DNA of 64,000 nucleotides from Octopus vulgaris. Taxonomy: Eukaryota. Under the pieces are notes generated by a model that had not been told where the DNA came from, did not search any database, and saw only the letters and a program-made list of their open reading frames with translations. Position 1 is the first letter of the stretch; every line of letters begins with the position of its first letter. Shown one piece after another: positions 28,123 through 41,927 of the stretch. The position numbers and the translations under genes were made by a program. The DNA is taken from the NCBI GenBank assembly GCA_951406725.2, contig OX597828.1:37014001-37078000 (forward strand), written 5' to 3'.

Positions 28123-31100
28123 AGGCTATTTGGGTTGGCTATTTGGGTTGGCTATTTGAATTTGCTATTTGGTTTGGCTTTTTGGGTTTGCTATTTGGGT
28201 TGGATATTTGGCTTAGCTTTTGGCTAGGCTATTTGGCTTGGATATTTGTGTTGGCTAATTTTCTTTGCTATTTGGGTTGGCTTTTTGGCTAGGCTTTTTG
28301 GCTTTTCTTTTTGGCTTGGCTATTTGAATTTGCTATTTGGGTTGGCTATTTTGGTTTGCTATTTGGCTTTGCTATTTAGCTTGTCTATTTCGGTTGGCTA
28401 TTTGTGTTTGCTTTTTGGTTTGGCTATTTTGTTTGGCTATTAGGTCAGGCTATTTTGCTTGGCTATTTAGCTTGGCTATTTAGCTTGGCTTTTTTGATTG
28501 GCTATTTGGCTAGGCTTTTTGGGTTGGCTATTTTGCTTGGCTATTTGGCTTGGCTTTTTGGCTTGGCTATTTGCATTTGCTATTTGGGCTGGCTATTTGC
28601 ATTGGCTACTGATGTTCGCTATTTAGCTTCGCGAAGCCAAATAGCACACCCAAAAAGCCAAACAAAATAGCCAAATCAATTAGCCAAACCAAATAGCAAA
28701 CCCAAATAGCCAAACGACATAACCAAGCCAAATATCCAACTCAAATTGCTTGGGTATTTGGGTTGGCTATTTGGGTTTGCTATTAGGATACGCTATTTGG
28801 CTTAGCAATTTGTCTAGGCTATTTGTGTTATCTGTTTGGGATCGCTATTTGGGTTGGCTATTTGGGTTGGCTATTTGGGTTTGCTTTTTGGCTTGGCTAT
28901 TTAGGTTCGCTATTAGGCCAGGCTATTTGGCTTGGCTATTTTGCTAGGCTATTTGGGTTGGCTATTTTGCTAGGCTTTTTGGGTTGGCTATTTGGCTTGG
29001 CTCTTATGCTTGGCTATTTGGCTTGGCTATTTGAATTTGTTATTTGGGTAGGCTATTTGGATTTGCTATTTGGCTTGGCTATTTTGCTTGTCTTGTTGGG
29101 TTGGCTATTTGTGTTTGCTGTTTAGTTTGGCTATTTTGCTTGGCTATTAGGGCAGGCTATTTGGGTTGGCTATTTGTGTTGGCTATTTGGCTTGGCTATT
29201 TGGCTCGGCTATTTGGCTTGGCTATTTGGCTAGGCTATTTGGGTTTGCTATTTGGGTTGGCTATTTGTGTTGCCTATTTGGGTTGGCTATTTGGCTTGGC
29301 TATTTGGTTAGGCTATTTGGGTTGGCTATTTGTGTTGGCTATTTGTCTTGGCTACTTGGCTTGGCTATTTGGCTTGGCTATTTGGCTTTGCTATTTGGCT
29401 TGGCAATTTGGCTTGTCTATTTGGCTAGGCTATTTGGGTTGGCTATTTGGGATGGCTATTTTGCTTGGCTATTTGGCTTGGCTTTTTGGCTTGGCTATTT
29501 GGCTTGGCATTTTGAATTCGGTATTTGAGTTGGCTATTTGGGTTTGCTATTCGGGTCTGCTATTTGGCTTGTCTTGTTGGGTTGGCTCTTTGTGTTTGCT
29601 GTTTGGGTTTGCTATTTGGCTTGGCTATTAGGCCAGGCTATTTGGATTGGCTATTTGGCTTGGCTATTTGGCTTGGCAATTTTGCTTGTCTATTTGGTTA
29701 CGCTATTTGGGTTGGTTATTTTGGTTGGCTATTTGTCTTTGCTTTTTCGCTTGGCTATTTGGCTTGGCTATTCGAATTTGGTATTTGGGTTGGCTATTTG
29801 GGTTTGCTATTTGGGTTGGCTATTTGGCTTGGCTATTACGCCAGGCTATTTGGGTTGGCTATTTGGCTTGGCTATTTATGTTGGCCATTTTCCTTTTCCT
29901 ATTTGGATTGGCTTTTTGGCTAGGCTATTTGGCTTTTCTTTTTTGGTTGTTTATTTGGCTTGGGTATTTGTGTTTGCTATTTGGGTTGGCTATTTGGTTT
30001 TGCTATTTGGCTTGGCTATTTGGCTTGTCTTTTTAGGTTGCCTATTTGTCTTTGCTTTTTGGGCTGGCTATTTGGGTTGGCTATTTGGCCAGGCTATTTT
30101 CCTTGGCTATTTAGATTGGCTTTTTGGCTTGGCTATTTCTCTTGGCTATTTGGGTTGGTTATTTGGCTAGGATTTTTGGGTTGCCTATTTGGGTTGGCTA
30201 TTTTCCATCGCTATTTGGATTGGCTTTTTGGCTTGGCTATTTGGCTTGGTTATTTGAGTTTGCTATTTGATTTGGCTATTTGGGCTGGCAATTTGTGTTG
30301 GCTATTTTTGTTCGCAATTTACCTTCGCGAAGCCAAATAGCAAACCCAAAAAGCCAACTCAAATAGCCTAGCCAAGTAGCCAAACAAAATATCAAACCCA
30401 AATAGCCAACCGAAATAGCCAAGCCAAAAAGCCAACTCAAATTGCTTTGTTATTTGGTTTGGCTATTTGGGTTCGCGGAGACAAATAGCAAACACAAAAA
30501 TCCAACCCAAATAGCCAAATCAAGTAGCCAAACCAAATAGCAAAACAAAATAGGCAACCGAAATACCAAAGCCCAATATCCACCTCAAATTGCTTGGGTA
30601 TTTGTGTTGGCTATTTGGGTTTGCTATTTGGGTCCGCTATTTGCCTTAGCTATTTGTCTTGGCTATTTGGGTTATTTGTTTGGCTTAGCTATTTGGCTTG
30701 GCTATTTGGGTTGCCTGTTTGTGTTTGCTTTTTGGCTTGGTTTTTGGCTTGTCTGTTTGGGTTGGCTATTTGTGTTTGCTGTTTGGGTAGGTTATTTGGG
30801 TTCGCTATTAGGCCAGGCTATTTGGCTTGGCCATTTGGCTTGGCTATTTGGCTTGGCTATTTCGCTTGGCTATTAGGCTAGGCTATTTGGGTTGGCTATT
30901 TGGGTTTGCTTTTTGGCTTGGCTATTTGGCTTGTCTATTTGGGTTGGCTATTTGTGTTTGCTGTTTGGGTTGGCTATTTGGGTTGGCTATTAGGCCAGGC
31001 TATTTGGCTTGGATATTTGGCTTGTCTATTTGGCTAGGCTATTTGGGTTGGCTATTTGGGTTGGCTATTTTGCGTGGCTACTTGGTTTGGCTATTTGGCT

Positions 31101-34100
31101 TGGCTTTTTGGGTTCGCTATTTGGGTTCGCGAAGCCAAATAGCAAACCCAAAAATCCAACCCAAATAGCCAAGCCAAGAAGCCAAACCAAATACCAAACC
31201 CAAATAGCCTACCGAAATAGCCAAGCCAAATAGCCAACTCATATTGCTTGGGTATTTGGGTTGGCTATTTGGGTTTGCTATTTTGGTCCGCTATTTGGCT
31301 TAGCTATTTGGCTAGGCTATTTGACTTATCTGTTTGGGATCGCTTTTTGGGTTGGCTATTTGGCTTTGCTATTGTGGTTGGCTATTTGGGTTGGCTATTT
31401 GGGTTTTCTATTTGTGTTGGATATTTGGCTTAGCTATTTTGCTAGGCTTTTTGGGTTGGCTATTTGGGTTTGCTTTTGGCTTGGCTATTTGGCATGTCTA
31501 TTTGGTTTGGCTATTTGAGTTCGCTATTAGGCTTGGCTATTTGGGTTGGCTATTTGGGTTGGCTATTTGGCTTGGCTATTTGGCTAGGCTATTTGGGTTG
31601 GCTATTTGGTTTGGCAATTTGGCTTTGCTACTTGGCTTAGCTATTTGGCTCGGCTATTTGGAGTGGCTATTTCAATTTAATATTTGGCTTCGCTTATTGT
31701 GTTTGCTATTTGGGTTATATATTTGGCTTAGCTATTTGGCTAGGCTATTTGGGTTGGCTATTTCTCTTTGCTATTTGGGTTCGCTTTTTGGCTAGGCTAT
31801 TTGTCTTTTCTTTTTGGCTTGGCTATTTGAATTTGCTATTTGTGTTGGTTATTTTGGTTTGCTATTTGGCTTTGCTATTTGGCTTCTCTATTTGGGTTGG
31901 CTATTAGGCCAGGCTATTTGGCTTGGCTTTTTGGCTTGGCTATTTGGCTTGGCTATTTGGCCTGGCTATTTGGCTTGGCTATTAGGCTAGGCTATTTGGG
32001 TTGGCTATTTTCTTGGCTATTTGGCTTTGCTTTTTTCGCTTGGCTATTAGGCTTTGCCATTTGGCTTGGCTATTTGGCTTGGCAATTTGGCTTGGCTATT
32101 TGGCTAGGCTATTTGGGTTGGCTTTTTGGGTTGGCTATTTTGCTTGGCTATTTGGCTTGGCTTTTTGGTTTGGCTATTTGGCTTTGCTTTTCGAATTTGG
32201 TATTTGGGCTGGCTATTTGGGTTTGCTATTTGGTTTAGCTATTTGGCTTGTCTTGGTGGGTTGGCTATTTGTGTTTGCTGTTTTGGTTGGCTTTTTCGCT
32301 TGGCTATTAGCCCAGGCTATTTGGGTTGGCTATTTGGCTTGGCTATTTGGCTTCGCTCTTTGGCTTGGCTATTTAGCTAGGCCATTTTGGTTGGCTATTT
32401 GGCTTGGCTTTTTGGCTTGGCTATTTGACTTGGCTATTCGAATTTGGTATTTGGGTTGGCTATTTGGGTTTGCTATTTGGCTTGGCTATTTGGCTGGTCT
32501 TGTTGGGTTGGCTATTTGTGTTTGCTTTTTCGGTTGGCTATTTGGCTTGGCTATTTGGCTCGGCTATTTGGGTTGGCTATTTGGCTAGGCTATTTGGGTT
32601 GTTTATTTGGGTTGGCTATTTGGATTGGCTATTTCGCTTGCCTATTTGGCTAGGCTATTTGGGTTGGCTATTAGGGTTGGCTATTTGGCTTGGCTACTTG
32701 GCTTAGCTATTTGGCTTGCCTTTTTGAAATTAATATTTGGCTTGGCTTTTTGGGTTTGCTATTTGGGTTATATATTTGGCTTAGCTATTTGGCTAGGCTA
32801 TTTGGGTTGGCTATTTGGCTTGGCTATTTGGCTTGGCTATTTGTGTTGGCTATTTTTCTTTGCTATTTGGGTTGGCTATTTGGCTTTTCTTTGGCTTGGC
32901 TATTTGGCTTGGCTATTTGAATTTGCTATTTGGGTTGGTTATTTTGGTTTACTATTTTGTTTTACTATTTTGGTTTAATATTTTGGCTAGGCTATTTGGC
33001 CTTTCTTTTTGGCTTGGCTATTTGGCTTTGCTATTTGGCTTCTCTATTTGGGTTTGCTATTTGTGTTTACTGTTTGCGTTGGCTATTTGGGTTCGCTATT
33101 AGGCCAGTCTATTTGGCTATTTGGCTTGGCTTTTTGACTTGGCTAATTGGGTTGGCTATTTGGCTTGGCTATTTGGCTTGTCTTGTTGGGTTGGCTATTT
33201 GTGTTTGCTGTTTCGGTTGGCTTTATGGCTTGGCTATTAGCCCAGGCTAATTTGCTTGGCTATTTGGCTCGGCTATTTGGCTTGGCAATTTGGCTAGGCT
33301 ATTTGGCTTGGCTGTTTGGCTAGGCTATCTGGGTTAGCTATTTGTATTGGCTATTTTGCTTCGCTATTTGGCTTGGCTTTTTGGCTTGGCTATTTGGCTT
33401 GGCTAATCGAATTTGGTATTTGGGCTCGCTATTTGGGTTTGCTATTTGGCTTGGCTTTTTGGCTTGTCTTGTTGGGTTGGCTATTTGGCTAGGCTATTCG
33501 GGTTGGCTATTTGGCTTGGCTTTTTGGCTTGGCTTTTTGGCTTGTCTTGTTGGGTTGGCTATTTGGCTAGGCTATTCGGATTGGCTATTTGGCTTGGCTA
33601 TTTGGCTTGGCTATTTGGCTAGTCTATTTGCGTTGGTTACTTGGGTTGGTTATGTTGCTTGGCTACTTGGCTTAGCTATTTGGCTTAACTATTTTGCTTG
33701 GCTATTTGAATTTAATATTTGGCTTGGCTATTTGGGTTATATATTTGGCTTAGCTATTTGGCTAGGCTATTTGGGTTGGCTATTTGGCTTGGCTATTTGG
33801 CTTGGCTATTTGTGTTGGCTATTTTTCTTTGCTATTTGGGTTGGCTTTTTGGCTAGGCTATTTGGCTTTTCTTTTTGGTTTGGCTATTTGGCTTGGCTAT
33901 TTGAATTTGCTATTTGGGTTGGCTATTTTGGTTTGCTATTTGGCTTTGCTATTTGGCTTCTCTATTTGGGTTGGCTATTTGTCTTTACTGTTTGGACTGG
34001 CTATTTGGGTTCGCTATTAGGCCAGTCTATTTGGCTTGGCTTTTTGGCTTGGCTATTTGGCTTGGCTATTTGGCTTGGCTATTTTGCTTGGCTATTTGGC

Positions 34101-35099
34101 TTGTCTTGTTGGGTTGGCTATTTGTGTTTGCTGTTTTGGTTGGCTATTTGGCTTGGCTAATCGCCCAGGCTATTTGGGTTGGCTATTCGAATTTGGTATC
34201 TGGGTTGGCTATTTGTGTTTGCTATTTGGCTTGTCTTGTCTTGTTGGGTTGGCTATTTGTGTTTGCTGTTTGGGTTGACTACTTGTCTTGGCTATTAGCC
34301 CAGGCTATTTGGGTTGGCTATTTGGCTTGGCTATTTGGGTTTGCTATTTGGCTTGGCTATTTGGCTAGGCTATTTGGGTTGCTTATTTGGGTTGGCTATT
34401 TGGCTTGGCTATTTGGCTAGTCTATTTGGGTTGGCTTTTTGGCTTGGCTATTTGGCTTCGCTACTTGGGTTAGCTATTATGCTTGGCTATTTGAATTTAA
34501 TATTTGGCTTGGCTTTTTGGGTTTGCTATTTGGGTTATATATTTGGCTTAGCTATTTGGCTTGGCTATTTGTGTTGGCTATTTTTCTTTGCTATTTGGGT
34601 TGGCTTTTTGACTAGGCTATTTGGCTTTTCTTTTTGGCTTGGATATTTGAATTTGCTATTTCGGTTGGCTATTTTGGTTTAATATTTGGCTTTGCTATTT
34701 GGCTTCTCTATTTGGGTTGGCTATTTGTGTTTACTGTTTGGGTTGTCTATTTGGGTTCGCTATTAGGCCAGTCTATTTGGCTTGGCTTTTTGACTTGGCT
34801 ATTTGGCTTGGCTATTTGGCTTGGCTATTTGACTTTGCTATTAGGCTAGGCTATTTGGGTTGGCTACTTGGGTTGGCTATTTTGCTTGGCTATTTGGCTT
34901 TGCTTTTTGGCTTGGCTATTTGGGTTGGGTATTTGGCTTGGCTTCTCGGGTTGGCTATTTGGCTTGGCTATTTGAATTTGCTATTTGGCTTGGATTTTTG
35001 TGTTTGCTATTTGGGTTGGATATTTGGCGTAGCCATTTGGCTAGGCTTTTTGGCTTGGCTATTTGGCAAGGCTATTTGTTTTGGCTATTTTTCTTTGCT
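28123..35099 (-). repeat. Large (~7 kb) reverse-orientation domain of the satellite containing mirror-image cassettes
   Basis: T/G-rich strand starting at the perfect palindrome ccaaatagcct|aggctatttgg (28112-28133). Forward-reading cassettes run from TTCGCGAA to aactcaaattgctt-type hinges at ~28628-28750, 30324-30593 and 31126-31248. Contains reverse complements of landmarks from 15780/20660 (at 32945-32985) and 28085-28105 (at ~29940). Confidence 0.92.
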
Positions 35100-38000
35100 G
35101 GCCTAATAGCGAACCCAAATAGCCAAGCCAAAAAGCAAGCCCAAATAGCCAACCTAAATAGCCAACTCAAATAGCGATCCCAAACAGATAACCCAAATAG
35201 CCTAGACAAATAGCTAAGCCAAATATCGTATCCAAATAGCAAACCCAAATAGCCAACCCAAATACCTAAGCAATTTGAGTTGGATATTTGGCTTGGTTAT
35301 TTCGGTTGGCTATTTTGCTTGGCTATTTGGTTAGGCTATTTGGGTTGGCTATTTGGCTTGGCTATTTGTCTTGGCTACTTGGGTTGGCTTTTTGGCTTGG
35401 CTATTTGATTTTGCTATTTGGCTTGGATTTTTGGGTTTGCTATTTGGGTTGAATATTTGTCGTAGGTATTTGGCTCGGCTATTTGGCTTGGCTATTTGGC
35501 TAGGCTATTTCTTTTGGCTATTTTTCTTTGCTATTTGGCCTTTCTTTTTGGCTTGGCAATTTTGCTTGGCTATTTGAATTTGGTATTTGGGTTGGCTATT
35601 TGGGTTTGCTATTTTGGTTGGATATTTGGCGTAACTATTTGGCTAGGCTATTTGGGTTGGCTATTTGGGTTTGCTTTTTGGCTTGGCTATGTGGCTTGTC
35701 TATTTGGGTTGGTTATTTGTGTTTGCTGTTTGGGTTGGCTATTTGGGTTCGCTATTAGGCCACGCTATTTGGCTTGGCTTTTTGTCTTGGCCATTTGGCT
35801 TTGCTATTTGGCTTGGCTATTTGGCTTGGCTATTTGGCTTGGCTATTTGGCTTGGCTATTAGGCTAGGCTATTTGGGTTGGCTATTTGGGTTGGCTATTT
35901 TGCTTGGCTATTTGGCTTGGCTTTTTGGCTTGGTTATTTGGCTTGACTATTTGAATTTGGTATTTGGGTTGGCTATTTGGGTTTGTTTTTTGGCTTGGCT
36001 ATTTTGCTTGTTTTTTGAGTTGGCTATTTGTGTTTGCTGTTTGGGTTGGCTATTTGACTTTGCTATTATGCTAGGCTATTTGTGTTGGCTATTTGGCTTG
36101 GCTATTTGGGTCGCCTATTTGGCTTGACTATTTGGCTAGTCTATTAGGGTTGGCTGTTTGGCTTAGCTATTTGGCTAGGATATTAGGCTTGGCTATTTGG
36201 CTATACTTTTTGGCTTGGCCATTTGTGTTGGCTATTTGGCTTGGCTATTTGAATTTGCTATTTGGCTTGGCTTATTGGGTTTGCTATTTGGGTTGGATAT
36301 TTGGCTTGGCAATTTTGTTGGCTATTAGGGTTGGTTTTTTGAGTTGGTTGGCTATTTGTGTTGGCTTTTTGGCTAGGCTTTTTGGCTTGCCGTTTTGGGT
36401 TGTCGCTATTTGGCTTGGCTATTTGGCTTCGCCATTTGTGTTGGCTATTTGTGTTTGCTCTTTGGGTTGGCTATTTGGATTGCTATTTTGGATGGCTTTT
36501 TCAGTTTGCTATTTGAGTGGGCTATTTGGCTTGGCTATTTCGGTTGGCTATTTGGGTTTTGCTCTTTGGGTTGGCTATTTGGATTGCTATTTTGGATGGC
36601 TTTTTCAGTTTGCTATTTGAGTGGGCTATTTGGCTTGGCTATTTCGGTTGGCTATTTGGGTTTTGATATTTGGTTTGGCTATTTGGATTGTCTATTTGGG
36701 TTGGCTTATTGGGTTTGCTTTTTCGCTTCGCGATCCCCAATAGCGAACCCAAATAGCCTACAAAAAAAGCAAACATAAATAGCCAAGCCAAATAGCAAAG
36801 CCAAATAGCCAACCAAAATAGCCAATCAAATAGCCAAGCCAAATAGCCTAGCCAAATAGCCAAGTCAGATAGCAAACACAAATAGCCACAAACACCCATG
36901 TGAAATAGCCAACTCAAATAACGAACCCAAATAGCGAACCTAAAAATTCTAGCAAAATAGCGAAGCTAAATAGCCAACCCAAATAGCAAATATAAATAGC
37001 CAAACCAAAAAGCCAAGCCAAATAGCCAGGCCACGGAGCCAAGCCAAATAGCCAACCCAAATAGCCTGGCCAAATAGTCAAGCCAAATAGCCAAGCCAAA
37101 CAGCAAACACAAATAGCGAACCCTTGGCTTTTTGGCTTGTCTATTTGGCTTGGCTATTAGGCTAGGCTATTTGGATTGGCCATTTTGCTTGGCCATTTGG
37201 CTTGGCTTTTTGGCTTGTCTATTTGGCTTGGCTATTAGGCTAGGCTATTTGGATTGGCCATTTTGCTTGGCCATTTGGCTTGGCTTTTTGGCTTGGCTAT
37301 TTGAATTTGGGTTGGCTATTTATGTTTGCTGTGTGTGTTGGCTATTTTACTTGACTATTAGGCCAGGCTATTTGTGTTGGCTATATGGCTTGGTTATATG
37401 GCTTGTCTACTTGGCTCGGCTATTTGGCTTGACTATTTGGCAAGGCTATTTGGGTTGGCTATTTGGGTTGGCTATTTGGCTTGTATATTTGTCTTGGCTA
37501 TTTGGCTAGACTTTTTGGGTTGGCTATTTGGGTTGGCTATTTGGCTTGGCTACTTGGATTGGCTACCTGGCTTGGCTATTTGAATTTGCTATTTGGCTTG
37601 GCTTATTGGGTTTGCTATTTGGGTTGGATGTTTGGCTTGGCATTTTTGTTGGCTATTAGGGTTGGTTATTTTTGTTTGCTATTTTTCTTGGCTATTTGGG
37701 TTGGCTTTTTGGCTGGCTTTTTGGCTTGCCATTTTGGGTTGTTTAGTTGCCTTGGCTATTTGTGTTTGTTATTTGTGTTGGCTATTTGGGTTCGCTATTT
37801 GGCTTGGCTATTTGGCTTCGCCATTTGTGTTGGCTATTTGTGTTTGCTCTTTGGGTTGGCTATTTGGATTCGTTATTTGGCTAGGCTATTTTGGATGGCT
37901 TTTTCAGTTTGCTATTTGAGTGGGCTATTTGGCTTGCCTATTTCGGTTGACTATTTGGGTTTGCTATTTGGTTTGGCTATTTGGATTGTCTATTTGGGTT

Positions 38001-41000
38001 GGCTTATTGGGTTTGCTTTTTCGCTTCGCGATACCTAATAGCGAACCCAAATAGCCAAAAAAAAGCAAACATAAATAGCCAAGCCAAATAGCAAAGCCAA
38101 ATAGCCAACCAAAATAGCCAATCAAATAGCCAAGCCAAATAGCCTAGCCAAATATCTAAGTCAGATACTAAACACAAATAGCCACAAACACCCATGTGAA
38201 ATAGCCAACTCAAATAACGAACCCAAATAGCGAACCTAAAAAGCCTAGCACAATAGCGAAGCTAAATAGCCAACCCAAATAGCAAATATGAATAGCCAAC
38301 CCAAATAGCCAAATAGCCAAATAGCCAGGCCAAGGAGCCAAGCCAAATAGCCAACCCAAATAGCCTGGCCAAATAGCCAAGCCAAATAGCCAAACCAAAT
38401 AGCCAACACAAATAGCGAACCCAAATAGACAAGCCAAATAGCCAACCCAAATAGCAAATTCAAATAGCCAAGCCAAATAGCCTAGTCAAAAAGCCAAGCC
38501 AAATAGCCAAAGATAACAGCCAACCCAAATAGCCAAGCCAAATAGCCAAGCCAAATAGCCATGCCAAATAGCCTGGCCTAATAGCCAACCCAAATAGCCA
38601 ACCCAAACAGCAAACACAAATAGCTAACCCAAATTGCAAACCCAAATAGCTATTTGGCTAGGATATTTGGGTTTGCTATTTGGGTAGGCTATTTAGGTTG
38701 GCTATTTGGGTTGGCTACTTGGGTTTGCTTTTTGGCGTGGCTCTTTGGCTTGTCTATATGGGTTGGCTATTTCTGTTTGCTGTTTGGGTTGGCTATTAGG
38801 CCAGGCTATTTGGCTTGGCTATTTGGGTTGGCAATTTGGGTTAGCTATTTTGCTTGGCTATTTGGCTTGGCTATTTGAATTTACTATTTGGGTTGGCTAT
38901 TTGGGTTTCCAATTCGGCTTCGCTATTTGGCTTGTCTATTTGGGTTGGCTATTTGTGTTTGCTGTTTGGCTTGGTTATTTGGCCAGGCTATTTAGGTTGG
39001 CTATTTGGCTTGCCTCTTTGGCTTGGCTATATGGCTTGGTTATTTGGGTTGGGTATTTATGTTTGCTATTTGGGTTGGCTATTTGGCTTCGCTATTTGGC
39101 TAGGCTTTTTGGGTTCGCTATTTGGGTTCGTTATTGGAGTTTGCTATTTCACATGGGTATTTGGGTTTGCTATCTGACTTAGATATCTGGCTAGGCTGTT
39201 TGGCTTGGCTATTTGATTGGCTATTTTGGTTGGCTATTTGGCATTGCTATTTGGCTTGGCTATTTGTGTTTGCTTTTTTTGTTGGCTATTTGGGTTCGCA
39301 ATTTAGGCTCGCGAAGGGAAATAGCAAACCCAAAAAGCCAACCCAAATAGACAAACCAAGTAGCCAAACCAAATAGCAAACCCAAAATAGCCAACCGAAA
39401 TAGCCAAGCCAAGTAGCCAACTCAAATAGCCAACTGAAAAAGCCATCCAAAATAGCCTAGCCAAATAGCGAAGCCAAATAGCCAACCCAAAGAGCAAACA
39501 CAAATAGCCAACACAAATGGCCAAGCCAAATAGCCGAGCCAAATAACGAACCCAAATAGGCAACACAAATAGCAAACACAAATAGCCAAGCCAAATAGAC
39601 AACCCAACACGACAAGCCAAAAAGCCTAGCCAAAAAGCCAAAAAAAAAATAGCCAAGAAAAATAGCCAACACAAATAACCAACCCTAAGAGCAAACAGAA
39701 TTGTCAAGCCAAATATCCAACCCAAATAGCAAACCCAAAAAGCCAAGCCAAATAGCAAATTCGAATAGCCAAGCCAAATAGCCAAGCCAAATAGCCAAGC
39801 CAAGTAGCCAAGCCAAATAGCCAAGCCAAATAGCCAACCCAAAAAGCTTAGCAAAATAGCCAAGCCAAATATCCAAGCCAAATAGCCAAGCCAAATAGCC
39901 AACCCAAATAGCCTAGCCAAATAGTCAAGCCAAATAGCCGAGCCAAATAGGCAAGCCAAATAGCCAAGCCAAATAGCCAACAAAAATAGCCTGGCCTAAT
40001 AGCCAAGCCAAATAGGAAACACACATAGCCAACCCAAAAAGACAAGCCAAATAGCCAAGCCAAATCGCAAACCCAAATAACCAACCCAAATACCAAATTC
40101 AAATAGCCAAGCCAAATAGCCAAGCCAAAAAGCCAACCCAAATAGCCTAGCCTAATAGCCAAGCCAAATAGCCAAGCCAAATAGCCAAGCCAAATGGCCA
40201 AGCCAAATAGCCAAGCCAAATAGCCAAGCCAAATAGCGTGGCCTAATAGCGAACCAAAATAGCCAACCCAAACAGCAAACACACATAGCCAACCCAAAAA
40301 GACAAGCCAAATAGCCAAGCCAAATCGCAAACCCAAATAGCCAACCCAAATAGCCTAGCCAAATAGCTAAGCCAAATATCCAACCCAAATAGCCAACCCA
40401 AACAGCCAAGCCAAATAGCAAATTCAAATAGCCAAGCCAAATAGCCAAGCCAAATAGCCAACCCAAGTACCCAGGCCAAATAGCCAACCAAAATAGCCAA
40501 CCCAATAGCCTAACCAAATAGCCAAGCCAAATAACCAACCCAAATAGCCAACCCAAATAGTCAACCCAAAAAGCCTAGCCAAATATCAAAGCCAAATAGC
40601 CGAGCCAAATAGCCAAGCCGAATAGATAAAGCCAAATAGCCAACCCAAATAGCCTGGCCTAATAGCCAAGCCAAATAGCCTACCCAACAAGACAAGCCAA
40701 ATAGCCAAGCCAAATAGCAAACCCAAATAGCCAACCCAAATCCAAAATTCAAATAGTAGGCCAACAAAAAAAGCAAACACAAATAGCCAAGCCAAATAGC
40801 AATGCCAAATAGCCAACCAAAATAGCCAATCAAATAGCCAAGCCAAACAGCCTAGCCAGATATCTAAGTCAGATAGCAAACCCAAATACCCGTGTGAAAT
40901 AGCCAACTCCAATAACGAACCCAAATAGCCAACCCAAATAGCCAAGCCAAATAGCCAACCCAAATAGCCAAGCAAAATAGCAAACATAAATACCCAACCC

Positions 41001-41927
41001 AAATAACCAAGCCATATAGCCAAGCAAAAGAGGCAAGCCAAATAGCCAACCTAAATAGCCTGGCCAAATAGCCAAGCCAAACAGCAAACACAAATAGCCA
41101 ACCCAAATAGACAAGCCAAATAGCGAAGCCGAATTGGAAACCCAAATAGCCAACCCAAATAGTAAATTCAAATAGCCAAGCCAAATAGCCAAGCAAAATA
41201 GCTAACCCAAATTGCCAACCCAAATAGCCAAGCCAAATAGCCTGGCCTAATAGCCAACCCAAACAGCAAACAGAAATAGCCAACCCATATAGACAAGCCA
41301 AATAGCCACGCCAAAAAGCAAACCCAAGTAGCCAACCCAAATAGCCAGCCCAAATAGCCATTTGGCTTGGCTTTTTGGCTTGGGTATTTTAATTTTCGTA
41401 TTTTGGTTGGCTATTTGTGTTTGCTGGTTGGGTTGGCTATTTGACTTGGCTATTAGGCCAGGCTATTTGTGTTGGCTATTTGTGTTGCCAACTAGCTAAG
41501 CCAAATACCCAACCGAAATTGTAAATCCAAATAGCCATCCATAATAGCCAACCATAATAGCAAACCCAAATAGCCAACCCAAATAGCGATCCCAAACAGA
41601 TAACCCAAATAACCTAGACAAATAGCTAAGCCAAATAGCGGACCCAAATAGCAAACCCAAATAGCCAACCCAAATAGCCAACCTAAATACCCAAGCAATT
41701 TGAGTTCGCTATTTGGCTTGGCTATTTAGGTTGGCTATTTAGGTTTGCTATTTGGTTTGGCTACTTGGCTTGGCTTTGGGTTGGCTTTTTGGGTCTGCTA
41801 TTTGGCTTCGCGAACCCAAAAAGCCAAGCCAAATAGCCAAGCAAAATAGCCATGCCAAATAGCCAACTTATATAGCCAACCTAACTAGCCTACCCAAATA
41901 GCAAACCCAAATATCCTAGCCAAATAG

